Source: Schizosaccharomyces osmophilus (lineage: Eukaryota). Taken from it: a stretch of DNA of 64,000 nucleotides. Below, one piece after another: positions 11,253-22,882 of this stretch. Position 1 is the first letter of the stretch. Each line of letters begins with the position of its first letter. The stretch is from NCBI RefSeq assembly GCF_027921745.1, contig NC_079238.1, forward strand, positions 3,534,001 to 3,598,000, read 5' to 3'. Below the pieces are notes generated by a model. It worked only from the letters and a program-made list of their open reading frames with translations, had not been told where the DNA came from and ran no database searches. Made by a program: the position numbers and the translations under genes.

Positions 11253-11666
11253 TATTTTTCTCGGTTTGTCCGTTTAGATTTTGAGGTTGATTTTCAGAAG
11301 TTATATTACCTTGCACGCGACTATGAGCAAGTTCTACCAGAAACCTGAGTATATGTTAGTTGACCCGTATTACCAAGAAATGACTTATGCTGTATCAATT
11401 TTCTGTTTTAACCTAGAAAGAAGCGAAAAACAACATCTGTTGATACACTTTTTTTTTTTGAAATGCCTTCCTTACCATGTTAAAGACAACCAAAGACACA
11501 GAGTCAATAGCAAAAGAATTATGCAATGAATGCTTTTTGTACTAATATACAGGGCTAGGAATAAGGCAGCTAGCACTGCACAGGCGGCATGAGCAGACTT
11601 TGCTAATACTGGAGTTACGCCAGGTGTGAAAACGCTCTGCCATAGTTCCTGAAAGTAAGATGCCAT
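11179..11666 (-). CDS. pkr1: V-ATPase assembly factor Pkr1 (ER membrane)
   Basis: MASYFQELWQSVFTPGVTP followed by two TM helices. Exon 11666-11476, intron 11475-11345 (GTAAGG..ACTAAC..CAG), exon 11344-11179, giving LWLSLTWFLVEL; 118 aa. Confidence 0.85.
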
Positions 11667-12584
11667 TCTTCTTTTGTAAATGTGAATGAATTAAAATCGA
11701 TACAAAATCAGTTATCCTTTCTTTGCTAATCAATTCAGTTTGAGTATTCAAGATGGCCTTGCTTTTTAGGTATTGAATGCAAGGTTTTTGGTATTGTTAA
11801 AACAAGTGACGTTCAAACTAATTTCCTGGTTAAAATAATATCGATTTAAAACAATTGAAACAGTATGTTGGAGTCTAACATGGAATTGTTTTTTGTTCAT
11901 AAAGTCTTTTACGAATGCTTCCAAAGAGAGGGCTTGTCAATATCGTGTTCTGGTCTTTGTCAATTGCTGAGCGCTGTATAAATGATGAACGAAATAGTTG
12001 AGAAGATTTAGAATTGTACGCTCAAATCAAACAGCAAATAGTTTATGGATATACGAGTGCTCTCATCTAAGCATTCAATTTACAATAATCCATATGGCTT
12101 TTCCTTTTGATTGGAAAGCATGCATTGATGGTGAAACCTGTCAAGGTCGACAGGTTTTGAATTGCTGAGAAACTTTTAATTTTAATAAATTTAAAACACG
12201 AAAAAAAAAAATTATAGAAAGAAAAAGAACACTTTCTTCAAGAGCCTTGAAGACATCATTACTATATGTATATCGTACTACGCTGTATGATGTTTAATTC
12301 TAGCACATATTACCTTTTTCTCGTTATAATTATTCAGTACTTCATTCTATGACTGTGCAAAACTCTTAAGAGGTTTAGCACTCTCGTTATGTGGTTTCGT
12401 TCGAATTTCATTAGATGCTATAGTCCTCTAAGAAACGAAACATAGTTTTGTTTCATACTGGTTTGAATATTGGGACCCTTTTATTTATTTTTTTGTTTAT
12501 TTTTACTAGGAGACAAAATTTCGGTTCTGCGTGGATGGTACATCGTTAAAAACAAGGGCTTGCGTTCGTTTCATGCAATGAATT

Positions 12585-15224
12585 ATGGATCCACCTGCGA
12601 TTCCTCATATCACTCAAGGTTTTTATCCTCTATTTAATATTATAGAAACATATTCACGCCATGTGTTGAACGAGCTGGCTTCCTTGGCTGAAATATTACC
12701 ATCTATGTCCAATGTTGACAAGAAGAGAAGCATTTTGGATTGGTTGCTGCGGTCTCGGACGTACACCATTAGGCTGCTTATTTTAGCTAGATGGATTCAC
12801 TTTTCTCCGCTTGTTCATCGTTGCATCGATGTGGTCGCATTCTTGCAAGGTCAAAAGTTTTGCTATCAAAATTTGGTACATGTACTACAAACCATACGCT
12901 ATCAAATGTCTTTTGCTCGTTTACGAAATGCGGACCTTCTAACTGCTTTGGATCTCTTGTCTACAGGAACAAATGTTCGTCTGTTGAATGCTCCCAGCTC
13001 TCGTACATACGTTCTGCCCCGTAATGAAATTTCTACGAAACAGGTTTTGCAAGCACTGCGAACGATAAATATGATTCTTCGAATTCGTCTAGATTTGCAT
13101 GAAGTGATTCCCTCCCCTTTTCGAAAATTCGTGATTAATAACGGACGATGCACGTTTACTGTTCCTAATGAATTTTCGGTTTCAATGACCACTAATTCAC
13201 AAGATCCTACCTCCAATACTTCTTCTTTTCAGTGGTTTGTGGTAGATTTCAATTTTCTACTCCCAAGTTACTCTTCCACCCCTTCTAAATTCAAACAACT
13301 TGTCGAGCATCATGTGAACGAACAAATTGCTTTACGCTTGGCCGAACAAAACCCCATTCTTCCACTCGTTTATAATATTATTCACAAGTTTTGTGTTTTT
13401 CAACAACTAAATATTCTTTCCCAGGAAGCCTTTCAGCTTTCAAGGCAAAGTTGGCTTGGTCACTTACGCACTGTTTACGAGGAAAACGTTTCACAGATTC
13501 GCTTATATTATTGGCCTCAATTTACGACGAGAAAAGACGGAAAAGTAGTCCCATCAAATCATTCTATATGTATTTGTACAGAAACACAGGATACCCCGGC
13601 TCTGGAACGCATCCTAAGTACCAGAAAGTCCAATTGTGATTATGAACATGTAAATCTTAAAGCCAGATGGTATCACGATGAAGAAGTTGAAACAATTTCT
13701 TTGGATGCTTCCGCCAGTACACAGGCATTGTTGTTAAAGGTTACTAAGATGCACGCACGACTAATACTGGGGCAAATTCAAAAAGAGCTGCATCCAAAAA
13801 TTTTCAGTGAGTTGACTGATAATGAACTAAAAATTCGCTTGTTTGATCATGACATTATTGTCAAGGTTAACAGCGTATCAGGAAGACTTGTTCTGCTCAG
13901 ATCTAATTCTCCTTTATCACCACCTCGTTATTTGCGTGCTGCTGAAAAAAACATTGCTTTGAGTTCCCAGTCTGCATCTCAAATCCTTAATCGACTCTAT
14001 TTCTTTTGCATTCAAACTGAACTCACGGAAGTAGCTTTGTGTGCAGACTTGATTTCCGTCCAAGGCTATATTTCTTTTCCAGAACTTGCTTTTACGAAGA
14101 AACTTTGGCGTAGGAGTGATGACTTACTTTGGATTCTGGCTTTCAACGTCGAAACTATGGATTGGTCTGCAAAGTTAGCCAACTTTGCAGGGCAAATTGT
14201 TTTCTCACAAGCAATTTTTACCACTGAAGGAAATCTAAATATAGAAAGCTTCCATCGGTTAGCATATCTTTTGGAAATTCAAAGTTTACTTTACCATGCC
14301 CAAAGAGCCTGCTATGAACGTCGAATTCCTTTTGAATGTATATCTACACCCTCAAAGGCTCTTACTGAAAATAACTATACCCCTTTTGTCAGAACGGGAA
14401 GTTTGAGTATATCTATGCCTACAAACAATGCGGACCTCTGTCCTTTAGTTTTCATCCGAGCACATGATAGTATGATAATATTTGAAGGAAGGATCATGCA
14501 TCGGCCTCCTTTCAAAGTGGAAGAGGAAACTTTCGGAACATGTACAATTAATTGGAAAAAGGGCCGGTTCACGATGCATGCCACAAAGTTTAATGATTTT
14601 GAAAACTTCTGGAATAGGATTTGTAAAGTTTTGTCTTTATCAAAAACAACTTGTTTTGATGTTGATTTGTTTACACTGAGGTTCGTTGATTTTACTTATC
14701 TAAAGCAATACAAGTTCAGAGTGTCTATCACTAATGACGGGGCTTTTTCAATATACTTTTTTGATCCTGAAAGTCCATTTCAATTAATTGCACATTACTT
14801 AAAAAATATATTCGCAGACAACGCATACGACATGCAACCCTTAAAAATCATTATGGATAGAACCAAGGGAGTATTAGAAGCACAAAAAATGGGATATACT
14901 GTTTTGGCTCGTTCACTACGAGAATATCGAATACTATTCTCTCCGAGGCAGGGTATTCAAGTTTCGTTAAATCGTTTTGGATGCCTGCTGCAAGATATTT
15001 ACTCTTTGGTGACGCCGGCTGTAAAATCCGAATATTCACAAAACCCAGTACAACCGTGGGAACCGTGTCAATGGTTGAGCTCAGTTTGGGAAGGCGACTT
15101 AGGCGATGATGAACTGAACGGTCAGGTTGAGGCCTCTCCGGAGTTACACTTACTGAAGACGATGAAGACAGCAGACTTGAGTGCCATCATAAAAAAGATT
15201 TTATCTATTCCACGGAAATATTAG
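12585..15224 (+). CDS. med14: Mediator subunit Med14 (Pmc1/Rgr1)
   Basis: 879-aa ORF with a Med14 N-terminal domain (IPHITQGFYPL, ARLRNADLLTALDLLSTG, INNGRCTFTVPNEFSVSMT). Syntenic position supports the call. Confidence 0.9.
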   Translation: MDPPAIPHITQGFYPLFNIIETYSRHVLNELASLAEILPSMSNVDKKRSILDWLLRSRTYTIRLLILARWIHFSPLVHRCIDVVAFLQGQKFCYQNLVHVLQTIRYQMSFARLRNADLLTALDLLSTGTNVRLLNAPSSRTYVLPRNEISTKQVLQALRTINMILRIRLDLHEVIPSPFRKFVINNGRCTFTVPNEFSVSMTTNSQDPTSNTSSFQWFVVDFNFLLPSYSSTPSKFKQLVEHHVNEQIALRLAEQNPILPLVYNIIHKFCVFQQLNILSQEAFQLSRQSWLGHLRTVYEENVSQIRLYYWPQFTTRKDGKVVPSNHSICICTETQDTPALERILSTRKSNCDYEHVNLKARWYHDEEVETISLDASASTQALLLKVTKMHARLILGQIQKELHPKIFSELTDNELKIRLFDHDIIVKVNSVSGRLVLLRSNSPLSPPRYLRAAEKNIALSSQSASQILNRLYFFCIQTELTEVALCADLISVQGYISFPELAFTKKLWRRSDDLLWILAFNVETMDWSAKLANFAGQIVFSQAIFTTEGNLNIESFHRLAYLLEIQSLLYHAQRACYERRIPFECISTPSKALTENNYTPFVRTGSLSISMPTNNADLCPLVFIRAHDSMIIFEGRIMHRPPFKVEEETFGTCTINWKKGRFTMHATKFNDFENFWNRICKVLSLSKTTCFDVDLFTLRFVDFTYLKQYKFRVSITNDGAFSIYFFDPESPFQLIAHYLKNIFADNAYDMQPLKIIMDRTKGVLEAQKMGYTVLARSLREYRILFSPRQGIQVSLNRFGCLLQDIYSLVTPAVKSEYSQNPVQPWEPCQWLSSVWEGDLGDDELNGQVEASPELHLLKTMKTADLSAIIKKILSIPRKY

Positions 15225-15475
15225 TTTCCTAAGTTATTCCTATTATCAAATAAAGTCAGACCAAGAAAGCCATTTTGGTTTTATGACGTTTTGAATTCAA
15301 TGTTTAGAGTAGAAAAGTACATATAGACGGTGTTAATGACAATTACAGTTGACGAATTCTACAGGAGAAAGTACACAGTTATCCTGAAATGTATCGATAA
15401 ATTCTTATAATCTTCTTTTAAAACCTAAACCCTTAAACCAAAAATTTTAGCTTTTTATCCCAATTTGATATTCCT

Positions 15476-17509
15476 TCATGACGAAGAATCCCGTAGATTT
15501 GTCATCAAAAAACGCTGATCACCGCTAGATGTAGCACCTCGGGTTGCTTCACGCAAAGCCATTGTGGCATACGAGGATGAAGGAAGCTGAAATTTTAATA
15601 CCAAAGCCCGACTTTTTCCTTCATCAGTAGTAGTTGGAAGTTTATTTTCCAATTCATCTTTGTCGGTAGTGGTAATTTGCTGCTCTAACGAGTCATACTT
15701 TTTAGTGTACCATTCCATATCTTTGGGGCGTACTACTAGTTTACGATAATCGCCAGGTAGAGATAGCTCCCTGTCTTTTCGAGCCATTTGGCAAGGATCA
15801 AGTGAATGCTCACTCATAATCCTTTTGTACGCATCAAACGTTGAATTTTCAGGATATAACACATTACGTCCGGGTAGTGGTAAAACGATGTCATAAATCG
15901 TATAGTTTTGTAACTCGTCCTCTCTCAGACGTCTTGCGATTGGTTTAGAAGTCTGGGGGAGATCTTCAACAACATCTGGTGCTTCAGGATCAACAGGAAT
16001 ATTATCATTAGATTGATTGTCGGTGGGTGATTCCAATACTAAATCACCGGCAACTGGTTTGTCGCCCAATTGCTTGATACGCCAAGAAACTACCTTGTTC
16101 CAAACATACGACTGGTAAGCATGGGGGTAAATACTACGCAAGTGCCTTGGAATTCTTTGAAAAGCACCCAAGAAATCGCTTTGGTTCCCGCTTCGTAGCC
16201 AGGTTTCCAAAATGCTAGTCTCGGCGATAAGGCGACGGGGAAGAATTTTCAAAGTAGCTTCGGCATCATGAGTAGTATGCCATATATGCATGGCTTCACG
16301 AACAGGACCGGTATGCTCAGGACGAGGAGAAAGAATAAGTTCCACGGCTTTTTTCCATTCAGATCGTAAAAGAGCAATTCCGATAGTGTGTGTTCCTACC
16401 GAAGATGTACCAAATCTTTGGAGACCAAAATAATTAATAAATCCATGTTCCTTGATGGAGGACATACAAAGTTCAATTTTGTCTTCAGAGGTTGAAACAT
16501 CACGCAAAACAACTTGGAATTCATTACCTTGCAAGTCACCGAGTTTAAGAGGGAAGTTTTCATAAGAATAATTACCCAAAAGAAAACCGTATGTCGAGTT
16601 AGAAAGAGAGCCAGCATTTAGTTGGGCAAGACGAGAAGCACGAACATGACGGACTGCGGCGCGCTGACAAGTGACACCTCTCCTATCTTTCGTACCAGCA
16701 ATGGAAAGCAATTTCGTAGGAACCTTTAGGAGACGAGCAATTTTGCCTAAGCAATCCATCGAATCGCGGTTTTCTTTGTATAAATGAAAATGGCAATATT
16801 CACCACCCAAGGCTTTCCAACTAAGGCGAGCATCTCTCTTCGGCCTAAGTTGGTTGCTACGGGTGGATTTATGAACTTGAAAAGAACCATCTTGGGTGGT
16901 AGTTGATTCCAATCCTGAAAAGTGTTCGCGAATAAGTTGATGCAGAAGCGTGCGTTTCGTCTTGTCGAGAGGAGAAGAAAATTTTGATGATTCTAAGACT
17001 ACAGATTCGGTTGATTTACCAAGCGAGAGACCTTGAAGAGAACTGAAAAATTGAGATGCCGCATCTTGAGGAATGAATTCTTTGAGCTCTGAAGGCAAGG
17101 GAATTGAGGCAATGGGAGCATCCATCTGTTCTTGTCCTTTTGAAGTAACATTCGAAGGAGGAGCCATGGATTCTTTCTCGATTTTATCCTCTTTGGCCGA
17201 AGAAGATGCTTCCACCTCCGGCATAGGGTCATGAGATTCCATGTCTGTCAAAGCAACAACATTCCCTTTTGAGTCCACTTCATGTACCATAAAGTCTGTA
17301 AAGCGTGCTTTCAAGATCCCATCTATAGCAGGAAGCTTTGCATTTAAGAAGGTCTCAATTCCAGCATCTTCTTCAGTCATGTAGAATCTTTGACTTTCAG
17401 CATTCACAGCATCATTGGCTTCTTGTGGCTTTTCATTGTAAGCCTCTACTTCTGTCTGCGTCAAAGACTCCTCTGTACGAAGTCGTTTTCTGGGCTCTTC
17501 TGCAGACAT
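15476..17509 (-). CDS. pus7: Pseudouridine synthase, TruD/Pus7 family
   Basis: Motifs GILKARFTDFMVHE, AGTKDRRGVT (catalytic Asp), GFINYFGLQRFG and SSYATMALRE. ATG at 17509. Confidence 0.93.
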   Translation of the reverse strand: MSAEEPRKRLRTEESLTQTEVEAYNEKPQEANDAVNAESQRFYMTEEDAGIETFLNAKLPAIDGILKARFTDFMVHEVDSKGNVVALTDMESHDPMPEVEASSSAKEDKIEKESMAPPSNVTSKGQEQMDAPIASIPLPSELKEFIPQDAASQFFSSLQGLSLGKSTESVVLESSKFSSPLDKTKRTLLHQLIREHFSGLESTTTQDGSFQVHKSTRSNQLRPKRDARLSWKALGGEYCHFHLYKENRDSMDCLGKIARLLKVPTKLLSIAGTKDRRGVTCQRAAVRHVRASRLAQLNAGSLSNSTYGFLLGNYSYENFPLKLGDLQGNEFQVVLRDVSTSEDKIELCMSSIKEHGFINYFGLQRFGTSSVGTHTIGIALLRSEWKKAVELILSPRPEHTGPVREAMHIWHTTHDAEATLKILPRRLIAETSILETWLRSGNQSDFLGAFQRIPRHLRSIYPHAYQSYVWNKVVSWRIKQLGDKPVAGDLVLESPTDNQSNDNIPVDPEAPDVVEDLPQTSKPIARRLREDELQNYTIYDIVLPLPGRNVLYPENSTFDAYKRIMSEHSLDPCQMARKDRELSLPGDYRKLVVRPKDMEWYTKKYDSLEQQITTTDKDELENKLPTTTDEGKSRALVLKFQLPSSSYATMALREATRGATSSGDQRFLMTNLRDSSS

Positions 17510-17973
17510 AGTTGCTGCCAAAGGTGTTGAATTTCTTCTGCAGAAATTGAGTGTTTCAACTACCCAACTTCGTTAAAAGAGTTTACGCTATTTAACGACG
17601 ATATCACAATTTGAAAAGGTCAAGAAATTGAAGAAAATGTAAAAAAACAACATTTTTTATTGTTAAGAAAGGAATATATTGAATAAGGGTCATTCAGTAG
17701 TTTTACACACTCTTTTTCTGTCCCTTCTACGAATAATAGGAATAGGTCATTGATTGTTGATTTACCTAGCGAAAAGCAAGTGTACAAAAGAGAGAAGCAG
17801 CCAAAGAAGCCTCGCAGTAAGCAGGATTTGGCTCTTGTTTCAGTCAACTTTTCAAGAAGTTTTTTGTTTTTACATTATTGGCCTTTTCGTTTTGTAGCGT
17901 TTCGTGCCATAAAAGAGCTAGCTATACCTTCCCCTTGTTCCTCGCGAAGAAGTTTACAAATTTGCAAAATTCA

Positions 17974-18348
17974 ATGGATCAGAAGAAAAATTGGATAGAT
18001 GAGTTTCATCCTTCATCTTTTACAAATCCTATAGAAAAGCTAAACATACTTCTCCCCAAACAAGGCACTCCGCAACAGTTGGCGACTTCATCTCAGCAAT
18101 TACTCAACCAGTTTCAATCTACGTTAAACAACAATCTTTCTGTTTTAAACCATCAAATTCAGCAAATATGTGGTACTTTACCTCGTTTGCCAACCATGAT
18201 TTCGGCCCTAGATCATGACAGTCGACATCTTTCGGATACTTGCGACTCCTCTCTTTTCAAGGAAGACTCTCTGAACTCTCTTCGGGAAATTGAAACGATT
18301 CGAAAGAACTTAGAACTCACAATTGCTGAGGTTGACAAACAATCTTAG
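17974..18348 (+). CDS. 124-aa coiled-coil protein resembling the N-terminal region of COG complex subunit 7
   Basis: ATG at 17974 within ORF 17878-18348. The heptad pattern and segments QQICGTLPRL and SLNSLREIETIRKNLE recall the COG7 N-terminus (recognised by eye only). Confidence 0.6.
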   Translation: MDQKKNWIDEFHPSSFTNPIEKLNILLPKQGTPQQLATSSQQLLNQFQSTLNNNLSVLNHQIQQICGTLPRLPTMISALDHDSRHLSDTCDSSLFKEDSLNSLREIETIRKNLELTIAEVDKQS

Positions 18349-19103
18349 CGCATGACTTTTTTATAATGCTGTCCTTATTTGACGATTCTTCGTATAATGA
18401 CTTTCAATTTTACGTTTCATCTTATTTTTGACTGATCTTTCAATCATATTCAATCCTTTGTTGTTTCTTTGACGTTGAATTCATGAAAGCGAAGTTACCC
18501 ATAACCTTTTATTATTAGAGAGCGTATTCCTAATCTATAAACCCGGATTATTGTAGTACTCCGTTAAATTTATGAATAGAAGTTCTTTGGTATTATATTC
18601 TTGAACGCTGCTTTCAGTTACATTTGTGTTTGGGCTTACACGCATATTTCTGTTGCCTTTTCTCCTTTACTAGTCAAGTCATAACCTTCTGCATCTAGAT
18701 CTGTATTATTTTTTTTTTCTCTTTTGGTCTGTAAAAGATATATATGGTTTCCATATCACTTCTATGAGATCCTGAATCCTACAAGTTGTGAAGCAAACTC
18801 TCCATAAATTTCAAGTATCCCAAAAATATCAAGCTTGATTTAGTAGAATTTCAAGCATGAAATAATTCTATAAATGAAATGTAACTAAGATTAGCCAAAT
18901 AGCAGCCTATCGTACTATTGAATGAAAATTGCTTTTTGTTTTCTTCAACACAACTTTGACGTTGTTTTTTTACGTAAAATTCTTTTTTGGTATCTAAGAT
19001 ATCGCACTCTAACGCTGTCACTATAGCGTAGACTTTCTGTGGTAGTTGCTTTAAATAAGGAGCGAACATCGCTGCTGTAGACTTCGTCTGTCCTTCGCCA
19101 AAT

Positions 19104-20796
19104 ATGCAGTCTCCTGTATTTGTGATGAGTAAGTGCAATATATATGGAAAAATGCTAACAAATAGACACAAATGCCAACCGTCAGGTTGGTTACAAGGCA
19201 CAGATGTCGAATATTCAAGCGGCAAAAGCCGTTGCTGATGTATGAGATTCATATGGGTGATTTCCCTCCATTTATAGTGAAAAACACGTAAAAACTAACG
19301 GTAAACAGGTTATTCGAACGTGCTTAGGTCCTCGTGCCATGCTGAAAATGCTTCTTGACCCAATTGGTAGTGTTTTACTGACAAACGATGGACATGCAAT
19401 TTTACGAGAAATCGAGGTCGCTCATCCTGCTGCAAAGAGTATGATTGAACTTGCTCGTACTCAAGACGAGGAAGTTGGTGATGGTACCACATCTGTGATC
19501 ATTTTGGCTGGTGAAATTTTGGCTGCTGCTAGCCCTCTTTTGGAGCGGAAGATTCATCCCGTTGTTATGATTCGCTCATTTAAACAAGCTCTTGAAGATG
19601 CACTGAAGGTTATCGACAAAATTACTTTACCGGTGAACGTTGATGACAATGTTGAAATGTTCCGATTGATTCGTACCTGCATTGGCACAAAACTTGTTGC
19701 TAGATGGAGTGATTTGATGTGTCATTTGGCTCTCCGGGCTGTTCGTACAGTCTTCTCTACTGCTAACGGAAGAATGGAAATTGACATCAAGCGTTATGCC
19801 CGTGTTGAAAAAATCCCTGGTGGAGAGATTGAATCTAGCTGTGTTTTGGACGGTGTAATGCTAAACAAAGATATCACACATCCTAAAATGAGACGCCGTA
19901 TTGAAAATCCCCGCATTGTCTTGTTAGATTGTCCCTTGGAATACCGTAAGGGTGAATCACAAACCAACATTGAAATCAGCAAGGAGTCGGATTGGAGCCG
20001 TGTGTTAGAAATTGAAGAAGAACAAATTAAGTACATGTGCGACTGTGTTATTGCAGTGAAGCCTGATTTAGTAATCACAGAAAAGGGAATTTCTGACCTT
20101 GCCCAGCATTACTTACTTAAAGCAAACATTACTGCAATTCGTCGTACTCGCAAATCAGATAACAATCGTATTGCTCGTGCTACTGGTGCAACTATTGTAA
20201 ACCGTGTCGAAGATTTGCATGAAAAGGATGTTGGAACCGGCTGTGGTTTGTTTTATGTTGATAAACTTGGCGATGAGTATTTTACATTCCTTACTGGTTG
20301 CAAGAACCCTAAAGCTTGCACAATTGTGTTACGAGGTCCTAGTAAAGATATTATTAACGAAGTTGAACGTAACCTTCAAGATGCTATGGCCGTTGCCAGA
20401 AACGTGTTCTTCCATCCAAAGCTTGCTCCTGGTGGTGGTGCTACCGAAATGGCCATCAGTGTTTGTCTGGCAGAAAAGTCTCGTGCCATTGAGGACGTTG
20501 CTCAATGGCCTTATCGTGCTATAGCAGATGCTATTGAAATCATTCCCCGTACTTTGGTTCAGAATTGTGGTGCTAACCCCATCAAATCGTTGACAGAGCT
20601 CCGTGCTAAGCATGCTGAGGGTCATTACACTTTCGGTATTGATGGTGAAACTGGCCGTGTTGTTGACATGCATGAGTACGGTGTTTGGGAGCCTGAGGCT
20701 GTGAAATTGCAATCCATTAAGACTGCCATTGAAAGTGCTTGCTTGCTATTACGTGTTGACGACATCGTCTCTGGTGTCCGCAAGCGTTCCGATTAA
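19104..20796 (+). CDS. cct3: Chaperonin CCT/TRiC gamma subunit
   Basis: Exons 19104-19128, 19166-19239 and 19309-20796. Start MQSPVFVMN; motifs TNDGHAILRE, GDGTTSV and EYRKGESQTNIE. Confidence 0.96.
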
Positions 20797-21071
20797 GTTA
20801 TTTTAGATTTCAAGTTCCTTGGTTGGGCGGAAAAAAATTCAAATGTGAATGCCATAACTTGCTTGTTAGAGAAACTCATCACATATTTCATATTCAAGCT
20901 GAAATAATCAATATCTCAGTATGTAGCTACATGTAATATTAGTTTTTATTCTGCATGCTTATTGTAACTAAGTTATCCTCTTACTCCAAATACTGTGGTG
21001 TTTATCGCTGTAATGCGTTAAACGGCTAAAACCCAACAAGCGCAGTACTTTTCGTTTGGAACGAACCAACC

Positions 21072-22436
21072 ATGAAAGTAAAAACAATTACTCGGGGGAC
21101 ATCGTTGACGCGTCTCAATGATCAGAATCCTGTGCAAAGAAATTTGGACCCTAATCTCCATCCATTTGAACGCGCTCGTGAATATACGAGGGCACTGAAT
21201 GCAACAAAAATGGATCGGATGTTTGCCGCTCCTTTTCTAGGCCAGATGGGACAAGGACACCAAGATGGTATTTACTCATTAGCACGAGATACCAATTCTT
21301 TAATTGATTGTTCCAGTGGCAGTGGTGATGGTGGTATGTGACTTTTTGGTGTGGATAATAAAGTTCCCATTATTAACGTGTTTTTAGTTGTAAAACTTTG
21401 GAATGCCGGAGAAAGAGAAGAACGGTGGTCTACAAAGGCTCACGATGGCATTGTCCGTGGATTAGTATTTTCTAACAATGGTGATATACTGTCGTGTGCT
21501 TCTGACAAATATGTGAACCTTTATGATAAACAAGATGGTTCTGTTAAAAAATCCTTTTTGGGAGACGCCTCCCTTCTGGACATTGATACATGTAAGAAAG
21601 GTCATAATTTTGCTACTAGTGGTGCGAATGTTTCTGTTTGGGATATTAATCGTGACACGCCTGTATCAAAGTTCGAATGGGGTGTAGATACGTTACCAGT
21701 AGTGAAGTTTAACTATGCTGAAACTTCTATATTGGCTTCCGCTGGCATTGATCGTTCCATCATAATTTACGATTTGAGGACTTCTTCCCCAATAGCTAAA
21801 ATGGTTAATAAACTTCGAACCAATGCTATTTCATGGAACCCTGTTGAGCCATTTAATTTCATTGCCGGTAGTGAAGACCATAATGTTTATTTGCATGACA
21901 TGAGAAATATGAAACGAGCTCTTCATGTTTACAAGGATCATGTGTCTGCCGTTACCAGTGTAGATTTCTCTCCCACAGGACAAGAGTTCGTAAGTGGCTC
22001 TTACGATAAGACTATAAGAATTTATAATGCTCGCGAAGGTCACAGTCGGGATATATATCACACGAAGAGAATGCAGAGGGTTACTAGTGTTCGTTTTTCG
22101 ATGGATTCCCAATACATATTTTCAGGCTCTGATGATAGCAATGTTCGTCTTTGGAGATCTAAAGCATCTTCACGTGCCAGTATACGCTCCACCAGAGAAG
22201 AAAACCGTCTTAAGTACTTGGATGCTTTGCGCGACCGTTACAAACATATTCCTGAAGTTCGTCGTATTGCCCGCCATCGTCATGTTCCTTCAGTCGTGAA
22301 GAAGGCAGGTGAAATCAAGAGAGAAGAAGTTGCTTCACTTAAGCGCCGTGAAGAAAATCGTCGCCGTCATAGCAAGAAAGGTGCAGTGCCTTACGAAAAA
22401 GAACGGGAAAAGCATGTTGTTGCTTTACAAAAGTAG
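21072..22436 (+). CDS. sof1: U3 snoRNP / SSU processome WD40 protein Sof1 (DCAF13)
   Basis: RNLDPNLHPFERAREYTRALNATK motif, WD repeats, C-terminal RRIARHRHVP. Intron 21334-21387. Confidence 0.95.
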
Positions 22437-22882
22437 TTTGGTTTTGGTAATTTAATGGTGTTAATTCTTGGATTTTATGTTTGTGGACTTGGGGAAAATT
22501 TGTATTTTTTAGGCAAATTATTAATAGAATGATACAATAAGATATGTCTGTATTTAGTTAGAAAGGATAGAAAAGCATTCCAATAAACTGAGCATTTAAT
22601 AAAGATATAATTGAATAACATCCATACCACTGTTATGTAAAGGACCTACCACAGATTAGAGCTATAAACCGCTACGATTCACAGTAACCTACAAAAAATA
22701 CGTTCTCTTTTCTAATAGAGGGGAAGTTTGTTCGTATTTATTGTACATCAGCAGATATAATGCTCTCTGTTTCATGCTAAAATCAAGTTTACATTTTGGA
22801 TAACCGTATAGTAGCTCAATTTCCAAAGGATTACAGGCAAGTATGTATGGTCTTTACATAACAAAGCTAATATTGGTAAAGA

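Noticed and set aside
12134..12157. 9-bp hairpin AAACCTGTC/GACAGGTTT with nearby ATGATGA (11982) and CTGA, suggesting a C/D snoRNA
   Set aside because: The boxes are far apart, with no terminal stem and no recognisable rRNA guide; compatible with chance.
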